Made by a program: the position numbers and the translations under genes
Assembly (NCBI GenBank): GCA_013265495.1
Contig: MU058650.1
Location: 1,058,267-1,122,266, forward strand
DNA length: 64,000 bases
Source of the DNA: Vicugna vicugna
Lineage: Eukaryota
Direction of reading: 5' to 3'
Notes under the pieces: model-generated
Database searches by the model: none
Told to the model about the DNA's origin: nothing
Seen by the model: only the letters and a program-made list of their open reading frames with translations
In this document: piece by piece, positions 38,589 through 52,653 of the stretch
How positions within the stretch are numbered: position 1 is the first letter of the stretch
Layout: the number at the start of each line of letters is the position of its first letter

Positions 38589-38605
38589 CCGCCACCTAGT
38601 GTCCA
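38589..38605 (-). promoter_or_regulatory. Candidate CTCF site
   Basis: CCGCCACCTAGTGTCCA resembles the reverse complement of the CTCF core. Confidence 0.5.
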
Positions 38606-39139
38606 ACGCTCGGATTTACCAGGTCTCAGGTTATCTCTTCAAGGAAACGCTCTTTAACTCTGTGAATTTGTCAATATTTGCTGCCTTCAAAAGCTATCTC
38701 TGACAATTCGTTGAATGAAAAAAAGAAAATTGAAAAACGCTGTGTACTATATAGTTCCATACATGCAGATTTGTGTTCATGTATGCGTGCAAACTTCAAT
38801 CATATGTCTAGACGCATAAAAATCTGGAAAAACATTCTCTAAATTATTGATGGTTTCTCTGGTTAGTAGGATTTGGGGGAATTTGTTGTGACTTCCTTAT
38901 TCTTCTTCTTTTCCCGATGGTTGTTTAGCAGTTGGTTGTGGTTTGTTGTAGTTGTGAGAGGTGAGCCTGTGGTCCTGCCATTCCCAAGTTAAGAGTCAAA
39001 GGTCCTACACCCCTGAAATCTGCCCGGGGACTCAGCATTCGGACACTGTTTTGAATGCAGGGAGTTGATTAGTTCAGCTCTGGCCTCCAGTCAGCAGTCT
39101 CTTCTTGCCAGGCACTCCTGGAATCTCTGGGGCCAATAT

Positions 39140-39428
39140 TCTTTTTCTTTTTTTTTAAACATTTTTTATTGATTTATAATCATTTTACAACGTTGTGTCA
39201 AATTCCAGTGTTCAGCACATTTATTCAGTCATACATGGACATATACACACTCATTGTCACATTTTTTTCTCTGTGAGCTACCATAACATTTTCTGTGTAT
39301 TTCCCTGTGCTATACAGTATAATCTTGTTTATCTATTCTACAATTTTGAAATCCCATCTATCCCTTCCCACCCTCCACACCCCAGCAACCACAAGTCTGT
39401 ATTCTATGTCTATGAGTCTATTTCTGTG
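39140..39428 (-). mobile_element. L1 3'UTR fragment
   Basis: Poly(T) followed by the reverse complement of the young L1 3' end. Confidence 0.85.
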
Positions 39429-40666
39429 GGACCAATTTTCATCAGGAGAGAAGGGCCCTCATTCTTCCCAAAGACTACGGAGCTCAAAGACGCGGCCTCA
39501 TTGCCATGGAACCATGTGCTCCTTCTGACTTCCTTATTCCTATACTGACCTCTTCAGTTTTTCATGATAATCAATCATTCTTGTAAATAAGAGGAAAGCT
39601 TATTTTAAAACACCAAATGAGCCCCCAGGATGAAAATCCACCCCCAAAAGATTATTTTCTGTAGTTAAATAAATTCAAGAGAAACTTACTGAGCATCAGC
39701 TATGTACAATGTATCCTTTTGACCATAAAGTACACCACCAAAGTCAGATAATGGCCTTACCTTTTATGAGTGTTCACTGCATGTTAGGCACCATGCTGAG
39801 CTCTTTGCATTCTAAATCTTAAAGTATCCTGGAGGTGGAACTACTGAGGTGAGCATACTGAGGCTCAGAGAGGTTAAGTAACTTACACAAAGTCACAAAG
39901 AATATATCAGATTCAAATCCAGGTGTTTCTCCAAAACCTGAATACTCACTGCCCAATTCCCATCCAAGTTTCTAAGAAATTTGCTCACATTATCCACAAG
40001 CATGAATAGAAAAGGGGGCTATTTTTTTTAATACTTACTAAGTGTCAGACACCATTCTTTAGTCCTCAGAGAAATCTGCGAAGTACATACTTATTAGAGT
40101 ACAGCCACCAGGGAGCGAAAGGCCATCTCTACATGATAACTTAATGGCACAGAGATAATAAACAAACAAAACAACAAACGGTGCGCTGAGCACTTGCTGT
40201 CTGCCAGGACGTGTTCTGAGAGCTCAGCGTGTGTTGACCAATTTAATGCTCCAAACAAAGCCAGGAGGTAATAAGCGTGATTACCCGTCTCATTTTGCAG
40301 ATGCAGAAAAGGCTCAAAGGGGTTAAGTGCCTTGCCTAAGACTTAAACCAGAAAGTGAAAGAGCTGGCATTGGAACACGGGTCTGACTAACTCCAAAGCC
40401 CACACCCTTCCCTCAGTCTGATGCTTCCCTGGGCTCAGGGTACCTACCAATCAGCTCATATTTCAGATGAATAGTTTAAAGATGAAGCTGCCATCATCCC
40501 CACTTTACAGAAGAGGATCAGGGCCCAGAGACCTGAACACGATAATCTTCCATGGGCACTTAGCTATTTGATGAGAACAGAACCCAGGATGCGACTCTCA
40601 GCCCCCTTTACTCCTATTCCATGTTGTGACCACTGGATGCAAGTGTATGTTCGCCACAAATGGTTA

Positions 40667-41190
40667 GTGTATTCGTTTTCTATTGCTGTGCAACAAACTG
40701 CCACAAACTTAGTGACTTAAAACAACACAAATTTACCATCATATGATTCTGGAGACGAGAAATCTGAAATGGTTCTCACTGAACTAAAATTAAGGTGTGG
40801 GCAGGGCTGTGTCCCCTTGCGGAATCACCAGCAGAGAATCCATTTACTTGCCTTTTCTGGCTTCTCGGGGCTACCCACCTTCTACTTTTCATGGCCCCCC
40901 TTCCATCTTCAAAGTCAGCGATGGCTAGTCAGGTGTTTTTCATGTTGCATCACTCTGATTCTTTTTCCATTGTCACATCTTCCCTGACTCTCCTGCCTCC
41001 ATCTTTTACTGATAAGGAAGGACCCCTGTGATCACACTGGACTCACTTAATAACCCAGGGTAATCTCTCTATCTCTAGATCTTTGACTTGATCATCTCTA
41101 TCAAGTACCTTTTACTTTGTAAGGTCACATATTCAAGGTTCCAAGGATGAAGACTTGGACATCTTTGGGAGGCCATTATTCTACCTAACA
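40667..41190 (-). mobile_element. MLT1 (C/D-like) MaLR LTR
   Basis: tattgctgtg.aacaaa..ccacaaacttagtgacttaaaacaacacaaattta ... ggaggccattattctaccta. Confidence 0.8.
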
Positions 41191-42496
41191 TGGCACACAG
41201 ATCTTTAGGATTTTTACTTATTTAAAGTTATAATTTAAAAAATGTGTACCTATGTAGTTTGCTTTCATTAAATCAGGAATGAGTCCTTGGAGGAAGCTGC
41301 TCTCTGGAGTGCCAAGTTCTCCCCTTACAGACAGCAGACCCAGATTTCCTTCTCTGTTTGGCAGCAGGCTCCTAACCCTTAGAGTTCTGAGCTTGGAAGG
41401 TGCAATCCCACAGCCACGCTTCCGGACAGTGTGCTGTTTACCGCCATACCGGGGTCCACAGGGAGCTGCCCGTGCCATCTTGCTGTGCAGCTCTTCCTTC
41501 ATACCCACCATGGCTTCCCATCCTGAAAAGTACCAAGACAGGTCACGGCTGAAAAGTAGAAGGTAGAACCCAGGTGGGTCATATAGAACAAGGAGCAATG
41601 CAAGATGAGATAGGTTTGACTAAAAAGGGTCAATGGGAATAAAAAGACTATCAGATACCCATGTAACCAGTACCCCCTGGCAAGATAAAGGATATTTCCA
41701 TTATCCTGGAAAGTTCCTTCATGTCCTTTCCAATCGCCCTTGTGCTGCCTTGAAGCAACCACCATTCTGATTTCTGTTCCCATCAATTATTTCTTGAATT
41801 TCGTATAAATGGAATCATGAAACAGGTACTCTTTTGTTTCTGGCTTCTTTCACTCATATAGTGTTTTTGTATTCATGTTATTACGTTTATCAATAGTGCA
41901 CTCCTTTTTATTGCTCAGTAGTGTTACATTTGCAAAGATACCAAAATTTTATAAATCCATTCTCCTGGTTATGGACCAATTGTTTCCAACACTTTGCTAT
42001 CATGATTAAAGCTGCAATAAACATTCTTGTAAATGGAAAGCCACTGGGCTGACATATCTCAAAGGACCCCAGGTAGCAGGACCCCACCTTTTAGCACAGA
42101 AGTGGGGAGACCTGGTACATATGCCACTTGAATAGTTGTACATAAGATCTAACACAAGAACACTTCTTGAGCTGGTCCTTAGCTTGCTAGAAGGTAGGGA
42201 AGTAACAGAAGCGCAGTAGGACTTTCTGGATGGAGGAACGCAGTTGCTTGTTACACATTCACTATGTGCCACTCATTTGATAGGTGAATCGTTTATCTTC
42301 TCGGTAGGAGGTAAAATAATATAAGAATACTTCCTGCCTCCGTGGTATTTTCCATGTGCCTGTCAGTCTTGAGATCATTGAACATGGACTCGGAGGGCTC
42401 CGGACTTCTCCAAGGCCAAAAAACAAACTGCAGGTCACTTGCTAAAATCATTTCATTTGGAGTAATTATCTATGACAAACAATTTGACAAAAGAAA

Positions 42497-42915
42497 GTTT
42501 GCAGCAACATGGATGGATCTAGAGGTCGTCATTCTAGGTGAAGTAAGCCAGAAAGAGAAAGAAAAATACCATATGATATCACCCATATGTGGAATCTAAA
42601 AAAAAATGACACTGTGAACTCATCTACAAAACAAAAACAGACTTGCAGACATAGTAAACAATCTTATGGTTCCTGGGGAAAGAGGGTGGGAAGGGATAAA
42701 TCTGGGAGTTTGAGATTTACAAATGTTAGCCATTATATATAAAAATAGATTTTGAAAAAGTTTCTTCTGTATAGTAAGGGAACTATATATCTTGTAATAA
42801 CCCTTAATGAAAAAAATAGGAAAACAAATATATGTATGTATATGCATGACTGGGACACTGTGCTGTACCCAGAAATCGACACATTGTAACTGACTAGACT
42901 TCAATTAAAAAAAGA
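42497..42915 (+). mobile_element. L1 3'-end fragment
   Basis: FAATWMDLE...EKEKYHMIS tail, 3'UTR and poly(A). Confidence 0.88.
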
Positions 42916-45876
42916 AAACGTAGTTGTTGGAAAGCATGAAGCGCCACATTGCAAAGGGTCTACCATCAGGACAGTTTGGAATAGAGATGCAGGATCAACA
43001 GTGTGTGATGTCCCTTAACCAAACAGTAGGCGTAATATATGATGTCCCCAGCATGGACTCCGGAGGCCCCTGGGGATGCTGCTCAGTGTGTTGACCAAGA
43101 TCCAGGACCTACAGAGGGAAATTCTGAATGGAATGCTGCTGATGCAAGGAACTTCAAAATCAGTATGTTTTTTTCTCCCTAAAACAAGTTGGTATTGGAA
43201 GTGCTGGGGGAAGAAATGAGGAAGGAACCAGAAGAAAGGTCTAGGGAAACCAAAGAACCACAGGATATGATGGATGTGCTGGGTGGCTTCTGCTACGGAA
43301 CTGTGGGTACCTTTATCTGGTATCACATATCTCCTTGACTTGGACAGAAGATAACCCAGACTCGCAACCTGGAGATTCTCCAACACATTTTTCCTAAATT
43401 AGACTGGAGATAATGGTAAGCAGGTACTTGAGGATTGCCCAGATTATGGCTCAGGAACGTCAAGTTGGGATGAATGCGTATCTCTCAGTCTGGGAAGTCA
43501 TGAAAGATGCTATATCATACCACTGATCTAGCATTGGGGTTTTGCTGGGCAGGATGTGGGTGCAAGGAAATGAGAAATCCAAGAGGTCAAACACAGACTC
43601 TAAGTGGGATAGGGAAGAGAAAGAATTCAGAGGGGAAATTTTAAGTGATTAAAGAATGAGTTCAGGAGAGCTTGAAAAACAAGTGTGCAGAATTTGAAGA
43701 TGTAAATTGTGCTCCAAATATAGAATATGGGAATTTGAGACACAAAGGTAGAGAACTTCCAAGTGATTACAAAACACAGAGGTAATATGGGAGTAACTGT
43801 TAGACATTCCTTAATTTACCTTTAACAGGCATTGGCATGAGGAAATGAAGAAACTGTGAAGTTCGAATGTAGGTCATTCATCTTCATGGTCACGGCTCAC
43901 CCAAGAGATGGAGGAAATTGGGTGGGAAGAGGGCAGCCGGATGTCAAAGTCTTTATTTATTTATTTATTTTTTACATTTTTTATTGATTCATAATCATTT
44001 TACAGTGTTGTGTCAAATCAAAGTCTTTAATGAGGACTGGGGAGTGACTGGGAGGCAGGACTGGCTACACCAAGGGATTGAGGGCATAAAACTAAGATGA
44101 AATAGGAAGATAATAAAATAAAATATACAGTTGCACTGTTGGAAATAAATTTTATTGCTGTGAGAAAAATCACAAAGGAATTATTCCATTGGGCCAAAAC
44201 TGAAATAATACTGTTGGCAACAAATTTTATTGCTATGACAAAAAAAAAAAAAAGAAACTCACAAATAGTTATTAATCACATCATCACATCAGGGAAAAGA
44301 TTCCTGGAAGGTGTTATACTTCTGAAGGAAATAGTCAGATTTTTCAAACTTAATAGTTTATTCTTAAATGTAAATCATCCTCAATTTAATGTAGTAGAGT
44401 GACCTTTTAGATAACAAATTTGTGCAGTGTTTTTTCTCTTTTTCAGCCCATAAAGTACCAGAAAACTGCCCTCGCTTCACTGAGAAAGCTTCCCCTCAGA
44501 AGGGAATAGGACAGCCTAGATTCACTGAATATAGTCACTGCTTCAGAATTTGGTGTGGATACGTTGGAATCTCCTGGCAAATCATCCCTAAAAAGGTGAG
44601 TTACCCTCACGGCACTCCACGTACCAAGTGTCCCATCCCTTAGAAAGACTTGATCGGAAGGGGAAATGTTCCATTTTGAGGACTGAAAATTTTAAAACTG
44701 CTTGACCCCTAAAAGTTGGGACCTCTGGGCAGGCGAGGAAGTCAGTAGCTCTGGACTGGACTTTTAAGTGCTGACATCTTAAGAGATGACCGTGTGTAAA
44801 CCCAGATGCTAAGCACTTGGACTGCAACACGCCTGGTCAGCTCCAGCAGGCTGGCCTCGTTCATTCTCCATCAAAGCAGCACATCGTCTGTGGACATGTG
44901 GGTCAGCTAAGGCCTCACTCGGAAAGGAGGGGCATCCTCCGGCGGACTTTGGAGGACCAGCTTCTCTGCAGTTACACCATATGTTGGGGAGAAGAAACAA
45001 CAGAGGCTAATGAATCAGAGACAGTGCATCCTGCCTGGGTACAGAAGCTGGATGAAGGCCCCCCGCCCAAACGTTAGGAATTGCTGAAGCCGCCTTGGGT
45101 CTTCAGGGAATTTGGGGGAATAGGGAGAGCCCCTCAAAAGAGAAATTCTTACTAATAGGACTGTGAGTGCTCGTGTAATTCATTAGTAAAATAAATATGA
45201 CATAGCTGTGCCCCCATTTATGGAGCAGCTTGTATCTGTGACATTAACAATGACAAGTCACTTGAGGCTTCCTTTATTTTGGGATCGCCCTCTTTCACTG
45301 TCAACAGCAGAAGCCGCTGGGTGTCTCAGGATAACAAGGGAAGTAGTGAGAATGACACTTGAAATAGCCGAAGCGTACCCCAGGAGCAGAGCCTGCACCC
45401 CAGAGGACAGTGGGCCCCAAACATTATCAGAGGGGCGGTCAGGGCCTTATGTGCACCCAGCCCTGCCCGCAGACACTCTGCCAGCGGCTCTGTGACCCCA
45501 AGGCTGGTGGCTTCCTCCAGAAGAGGTCTCCGGTCAGGTCTGCTAATCTATTTGTGGACTTCAGGTCACCCAGGGCTTTTTGGGTTGTTTGTTTCAGGTT
45601 TATGGGGTTTTTTTTGTTTTGTTTTGTTTTTTTTAAGCTGTAGATAAAGAACTCCATCTCTCTCTCAGGGTTTAATGTAGCAGCACATTAACTCTTCTGG
45701 CTGGCATTTCTAATAGTCCCCTGGGTAGCAGGCCTGTGCCTGGGAAGCAGCCAAAAACTGAAGCTCAGAACTAATTTTCAAATTCCCAGAGACTGGAGAC
45801 ACTCTCTGGCAGGCCTGAGAGCTACCAAATCAAGCACTGTCAAGTGGTTGCTCTTGAGTGTCAGCCCTGTTTCTCC

Positions 45877-46632
45877 TTTTTTAATTGAAGTATGGTCAGT
45901 TTACAGTGCTGTGTCAGTTTCTGGTGTAGAGCATGATGCTTCCGTATACATACATATATTTGTTTTTATATTCTTTTTCATTATAGGTTATTATAAGATA
46001 TTGAATATTGTTCCCTGTGCCATACAGTAAAAACTTGTTGTTTATCTACTTTATATATAGTAGTTGTTAGTATCTGCAAATCTCTAACTCTCAATTTATC
46101 CCTTCCCACCCTCTTCCCCACCTGCTAATCATAAGTTTGTTTTCTATGTCTGTGATTCTGTTTCTGTTTTGTAAATAAGTTCATTTGCCTTTTTTTTTTT
46201 AGAGTCTACATATAAGTGATATCATGTGGTATTTTTCTTTCTCTTCCTGGCTTACTTCACTTACAATCTCCAGGTCCATCCGTGTTGCTGCAAATGGCAT
46301 TATTTTATTATTTTTTATAGCTGAGTAGTATTCCATTGTATAAACATACCACTTCTTCTCTATCCAGTCATCTGTCAATGGACATTTAGGCTGTTTCCAT
46401 GTCTTGGCTATTGTAAATAGTGCTGCTATGAACACTGGGGGGCAGGTGTCTTTTTGACGTAGGGTTCCCTCTGGGTATATGCCCAGGAGCGGGATTCCTG
46501 GATCACATAGTAAGTCTATTCCTAGTCTTTTGAGGAATCTCCACACTGTTTTCCACAGTGGCTGCACCAAACTGCATTCCCACCAGCAGTGTAGGAGGGT
46601 TCCCTTGACTCCACAGCCTCTCCAGCATTATC
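45877..46632 (-). mobile_element. 5'-truncated L1
   Basis: [22 protein letters not shown]...PLLGIYP... matches the L1 ORF2 C-terminus. Confidence 0.92.
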
Positions 46633-46634
46633 GT

Positions 46635-48357
46635 TCATTCATTAAGGCTCTGTCATGAGACTGCAGCCACTCAGCCACAGCTTCAGGCCCCACTTCGAAT
46701 TCTAGTTCTCTTGCTGTTTCCACCACATTTGCAGGTATTTCCTCGTTGACATCTTGAACCCCTCAAAGTCATCCAAGAGGGTTGTGATCAGCTTCTCCCA
46801 AATTCCTGTTAGTGTTGCTATTTTGACCTGATGGCAGGAATCATGAATGTTCTTGATGACGTCTACAGTGGTGAATCCTTTCCAGGGGGTTTTCAGTTAA
46901 CTTTGCCCAGATCCATCAGAGGAATCACTGTCTATGGCAGCTATAGCTCACAAAATGTATTTCTTAAATTATAAGGCTTGAAAGTTGGAATGACTCCTTG
47001 ATCCATGGGCTGCAGGGTGAATGCTGTGTTAGCAGACATTAAAACAATGTGAATCTCACTGTGCGTTTCCATTAGAGCTCTTGGGTGACCTGGTGCATTG
47101 TCAATAAGCAGAAGTATTCTCAAAGGAATTTTTTTGGCGGGGGGAACGTCTCAGCAGTGGGCTTAAGAGTCAGTAAAATATGTTGTAAACAGACCTGCAG
47201 ATACCTGGCTTTGTTGTTCCATTTACAGAGCACGGGCAGAGTAGATCGAGCCTAATTCTTAAGCGTCCTAGCATTCTGGGAATGCTAGATGATCACTGGC
47301 TTCGACTTAAAGTCAACTTAAAGACCCCTAACAAAAGAGTCAGCCCCTCCTTTGAAGCCTGGAACCCAAGCAGTGACTTCTCTCTAGCTCTGAAAGTCCT
47401 AGATGGTGTCTTCTTCCAGTAGAAGGCTGACTCACCTACATTGAAACTCCGTTGCTTAAAGGAGCACATTCAAGAATTATCTTAGCTGGATCTTTTGGAT
47501 AACTTGCTGCAGCTTCTGCTTCAGCATTCACCTTGCACGTGGTTGTGATGGAAACGGCTTCTTAAACCTCACAAACCAACCTCTGCCAATTTCAAACTTT
47601 TCTTCTGCAGCCTCCTGACCTGTCTCAGCCTTCATAGAATTGAAGAGTTAGGCCCTTACTCTGGGTTGAGCTTTGGTTTAAGGGAACGTTGTGGCTGGTT
47701 TGATCTCCTACCCAGACCACCAGGACTTCCTGCATATCAGCAATAAGGCTGTTTCGCTTTTTTATCATCATTGGTTCACTGGAGTAGCACTTATAATTTC
47801 CTTCAGGAACTTTTCCTTTGCATTCTTGGCTAACTGTTGCAAGAAGCCTGGCTTTCAACATGCCTTCCTCACTAAGGTTAATCATTTGTAGCTTTTGACT
47901 TAAAATGAGAGATATATGAATCTTCCTTTCGCTTGTACCGTTAGAGGCCACTGTAGGGTTATTAACAGACCTAATTTCAATATGTTGCATGAGGCCCAAG
48001 GAGAGGGAGACACGGGAATGGCTGGTCTGTGGAGTAGTCAGAATACACACACTTATTAATTACTTCCACCGTCTTATTTGGGCACAGTTCATGGCGCCTG
48101 AAACAATTACAATAATCACATCAAAGATCGCTGATCACAGATCACCACGACAAATACAGTAATAATGAAGTTTGAAATATTGTGTGAATTACTAAAATGT
48201 AACAGAGACATGAAGTGAGCAAATGTTGTTGGAAAAAATGGTACAGATAGATTTGCTTGTGCAGGGTTGCCACGAACCTTCAATAAAAAAAAAAGAAAAA
48301 AAACGCAATCTCAGCAAAACACAAGAACACAAAGCACAATAAAATGAGGAATGCCTG
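46635..48357 (-). mobile_element. Tigger1 DNA transposon, decayed, one end missing
   Basis: Transposase remnant ILLLIDNAPGHPRALME...TLQPMDQGVI (pogo/DDE_1 type); terminus ...aataaaatgaggaatgcctg followed by TA. Confidence 0.9.
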
Positions 48358-49018
48358 TACATTTAATCCAACAGCTGGACTAGAAAAATGACGTTCTACA
48401 GGAAAGCCTGCAGATGTGTGTCTGCGGTACGGGCAGATCAACAGCAGCAATTTCTGGAAAAATAAGATGTGGGTGGGGGAGGTGGGGGTGGAGGTGCACA
48501 GGAGTTGGTGATGGTGGTGATGGTGGTGGTGTGTCTGTGTGTGTGTCCCCTCACGTAAAGGTGCACACACTGGACTAGCAGGCTTTTCATGTGGACCGGG
48601 GTGGATAAGGTCCCACACAGGACCACAAGACCAAAGTCAGGATAGGAATCTGAAAGACCGTGAAATACTCAGGCAAAAGTCGAAAAGCACTGTCACCAAG
48701 CAGAAACAGAGCAACACCCGGGGTCAGGGAAAATGGGACTCCAAACTCCAGCTGCTAACTCTTCAAGTGCTCCCCATCTCGCTTGGTGTCTACGAGCTGG
48801 CCTCCACGCTGGGCAGGCTGTGAGCGGCTGATGGAGTGATGACTATGTGGCACCACCTGAATGCTCGTTATGGTCAGTTGGAGCCAATAATTGCTCAAAT
48901 GGCCTATGTTTTTTCCTTGATCTCATTTCTCTCCCCTTTCCAGTTCCTTCTCCAGAAGGGCCTGCACTTGCAGATTGCTAGAAGAGGACAATATTTAAAG
49001 CAGGAATAAAGTGCAAGG

Positions 49019-49021
49019 AAA

Positions 49022-49100
<79 letters not shown>

Positions 49101-49131
49101 GAAGGAAGGAAGGAAGGAAGGAAGGAAGGAA

Positions 49132-49189
<58 letters not shown>

Positions 49190-49200
49190 GAAAGAAAAAA
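49019..49200. repeat. Compound (AAAG)n(AAGG)n(AAAG)n microsatellite
   Basis: Directly visible; ~180 bp of pure purine. Confidence 0.98.
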
Positions 49201-49930
49201 GGAATAAAGTTCAGGATGAAAGAAAGCACTGGGACAAGAAACTTTGGGAGATTAAACCCTACAGGTAAACGTTTGCTCTTCAGAAGGGATTTCACTCTTG
49301 ACATACCACATCTGTATCACCAGACTTCTGAAAACATTCTTTATGAAAAGACTATTGGAGAACTGCATGCTCAGCATTACCTAATTTCCTCATAAATCTC
49401 TGGCCTTTTAATCAGCTAAGTGGCTGTCCACTGAATTTCCCTGATTTATTGGTATCTTTCGGGGACTGAGGTTACGTCCAGATAACTAAGTGATTAAATG
49501 GGGATGAAAATGGCACATCACCGTAATTATGACAGAACAGGCTCGTGACTCTGCATACAGAAGACCTCGCAGAGATGCTCCAGATGCACAGAGGCTCCAG
49601 AACTACAGAGAAAACTGCACCATCCAGCTGGTTTTTACAGGAAAATCTTCCCAGTTCCTCTCGCTGGGGGTGCATCCCCATCCGCTGACTCAGCACTTCC
49701 ACAAGAACCACGGCCCCTCTCAGGACTCGCTGTTTCAAGAGGCAGCGGGGACTTCAAGCTGCTGGCTGAACTGAAAGGAATCCTGGATTCTGTTTTCACT
49801 TTAGTCACCAAACTCTGTGACCCACAAAGGATGTTTCAGCTTTTCTGAGACCCGCATTCTTCCAACTGTTAATCAAAAGCAATCCCTGCTGAGGACAGTT
49901 ATCATCATACCTTCTTTTAAAACAAAACCC

Positions 49931-50142
49931 TGGGAGCTCGAGATTTGCAGATACTGACAGGTATATATAGAATAGATAAACCAGTTTATACTGTAGAGCA
50001 CAGGGAAATATATTCAAGATCTTGTAGTAGCTCATGGTGAGAAAGATTATGAAAATGAATATATGCATGACTGAAACATTATGCTGTACACCAGAAATTG
50101 ACACAACATTGTAAACTGACTATACTTCAATTAAAAAAAAAA
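49931..50142 (+). mobile_element. L1 3'UTR fragment
   Basis: gatttgcagatactgac...ccagaaattgacacaacattgtaaactgactatacttcaatt and poly(A). Confidence 0.85.
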
Positions 50143-50230
50143 CCACTTTGGTTTAACAGAACATTATGGAGGTGCTATAAAATGAAAGATTATTGTTTTT
50201 AAGTCACAGGTCTTTTTTATAATTATTAAA

Positions 50231-50244
50231 GCGCCACCTGCTGG
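50231..50244 (-). promoter_or_regulatory. Candidate CTCF site just downstream of SLC35F2
   Basis: GCGCCACCTGCTGG. Confidence 0.6.
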
Positions 50245-51419
50245 AAATACCGAGACTACATGTCAATTCTCTGAGACACCGGTTATCAGAAAGGTGAGAA
50301 ATGCTAACTGCTGGTCCACAGAAGAACCTAGATTTAAAATGCAAGTAGTAAAAATGGCACCTGCAAAGCCCTCTCTTCTCCCTGTGTTAACTACAGTCCA
50401 ATTGTGCGATTTGTTACGGCTATAAAACACTAGGGAATGATTTAGCCATTCTATTATATTATTCAGCAGGATTTTTTTAATGGTGCGTCTACAAAAAATA
50501 TTGAAAAATCAATATTGCTCTAATAGGCTGAGAAAGAATTTATAGGCGGTTCTCAGCTTAAGGATGTGTTGTGTTGCAAAAGCTTGTGTGTACACCAGGG
50601 GTCTGAAAACACAGCTTCCGTGGCAGTGGTCTTATGCAGGCTGGCTAGACTCCTAGTCTTCACAACTTATTTAAACCAGGATGCACAGCCTTGCAGTCCT
50701 AACTACTATATAGTTGCTGAATGCCATTCATAGCATTGCTTCTTTGGAACACTGAAGTCTGACTTTTAATTTGGGTGGAATTCCTCTGCCCCTTTCCAAA
50801 GGGAGCAGGCAAGGGGAAACACCAGGATTAAGGGTGATGGGGAGAAAGAGCAGAGAGGGGTAGGATGACTTACTCACCACTGCATGTATCTGCATGAAAG
50901 GCCTTACTTGAGATCAATCTCCCCATTAAACGTTCTCAGCTGGGACCAAAGACAAAGTTCACTTAATGATACCCAAGGAGTGAGATGCCCAAAGAACTAG
51001 AAAGATGATAATCCGTGGCGAGGAGGGCCAGGCAAATGGTAAGCACTTCAGTTCAGTAACTGCTACGAGGGAGCTGTGAACAAGAAGGACCCTGGGAACC
51101 CAGGGGAGTGGGGACCCATGACACTTGAGCTCAGCCTCGACAGACACGTGGGATGCAGTCACCGGAGATGCTCTACTGCACCACTGTCCCCATGTATACA
51201 GGTTTATTCTTAAGCAAGATATTTTTACGAAATAATCAGTATAGTAATCAAACTGAAAGTCTCCCAAAAAGCCACACACGTTAACATAACCTTTTCCTAC
51301 TCGTTGACAGTTGTTAACGGTAAGGAGAGAAAACCAAACATCAGTTTTAATTGGCTGCAGGAAAGGAAAGTTTATTTCACTCAAGAAAAGTTTAAAAAAA
51401 AAAAAACCCATGAAGGCAA

Positions 51420-52467
51420 TTCAAAATTTTTAAATGTTTATTCTGGCACATGATCTGGGAGTCCACTCTGATTTCCTCTCCATTTCGGCTCAGCCCCAAA
51501 TAGAGCTGCTTCACTGTAAGAAGACATGATTCCGAAAAGTTGGATATGAAGCAATCAAATACATTAAGTCACTTAAAATCCACAAGGGGAAGTAGGCAGT
51601 CAAGGAAACCACACAGTAAGTATATTTCCATGAAATCAAAATCTTCTAATAATTTGAAAACTTACCCTCAGTTTCTTTATATTTTTTTACCAAAAAAAAA
51701 AGTTTACGTATAGAGTTTTTGTCAAGTGCATACTGGTAGCTGATATCATAATGATGCTACATAGCAACACTCTGCACTGAAGTAGTGTCATAAAAATCTC
51801 ACGGCACGTTGTTTGCTAAGAAGTAGCATAGAAACCATTGGGAGAAGTTTCCTAGTACACCGTCCTCCACCTTACAGCTTCCATGGTACTCACGCTCGTA
51901 TCTCAAAATTTCTGTCGACATGTACAGTCAGTCACCAGACCTCATCTGGTGGCCTAAAGGCCATGAGGCTTGTGGACAATTTTCAGCAGAACAAAACTCA
52001 GATGCCTCCAACTGAGGACACCTACTCTAAAACCTCCCTGGGCTGCCCCTCCTGCTGACCACCAGCCAGCCTGGACAGCCCGCTTCAGGCCCTTTCCTGA
52101 GGCTGGCACACACCTGGGTATGTTGCCCCATCCTGCTTCCCCACTTGTACCTGAGATCCGGTGTGGGCCCCGCACCTTGTGTCCTTGATGCTAACAAGCA
52201 CTGGTCCTCAAACACACAGAAACATAATCCTGGCCACAGCTTCTGCTCTATTTTGGTATTTCTGTTTTTGAAGCATGATTTTGTATTCCTTTGTACCTTT
52301 GTAAAAATCTAACCACTGGATCCAATCCAATGCTACAGGGGGTTCACTCTTGAGTCTGATCATTTTCCAAGTGTCCCCTCAGCAGGCTGCCGGCTCTGCT
52401 TTTATCCAGGTGGCAGCTCCCAGCTTCTCAGGAAGCCTCGGGTGTACGTGTGTCCCTTCTTCTCCAG
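51420..52467 (-). other. SLC35F2: SLC35F2 3'UTR (end approximate)
   Basis: Follows the stop codon. AATAAA on the minus strand at 51442-51437 with a U-rich tract downstream; further AATAAA candidates near 51376 and 51208. Confidence 0.6.
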
Positions 52468-52653
52468 CTACAAGACCACGGAGTGGGTCTCCTGGAGGTT
52501 CTCCTCAAGCTTCAGTCCCAGGTTGTCAATTCCAATGCTGGTGACGGGCGGGACACTGCTCTCAGCCGGCTCTGCTGTGCGCGTTGGGGTGGAGCAGTAC
52601 AGAGTGAACCCCACCATGATGACGGTGAAGGACAGGATGTAGAGTCCTGAAAA
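52468..52653 (-). CDS. SLC35F2: SLC35F2 final coding exon 8 (186 bp including stop)
   Basis: Acceptor ctcccctcct[66 protein letters not shown]. Confidence 0.96.
   Translation of the reverse strand, partial: FSGLYILSFTVIMVGFTLYCSTPTRTAEPAESSVPPVTSIGIDNLGLKLEENLQETHSVVL

Noticed and set aside
43015..43386. ORF beginning VLENLQVASLGYLLSK, faintly like the KRAB motif MLENY..LVSLG
   Set aside because: No upstream KRAB-A motif and no zinc fingers nearby; similarity too short to trust without an HMM hit
46941..48050. Transposase-like ORFs as a possible domesticated TIGD gene
   Set aside because: Fragmented by stops and frameshifts; a decayed Tigger1
48978..49304. KER-rich and FLS-rich ORFs
   Set aside because: Translations of the AAAG/AAGG microsatellite
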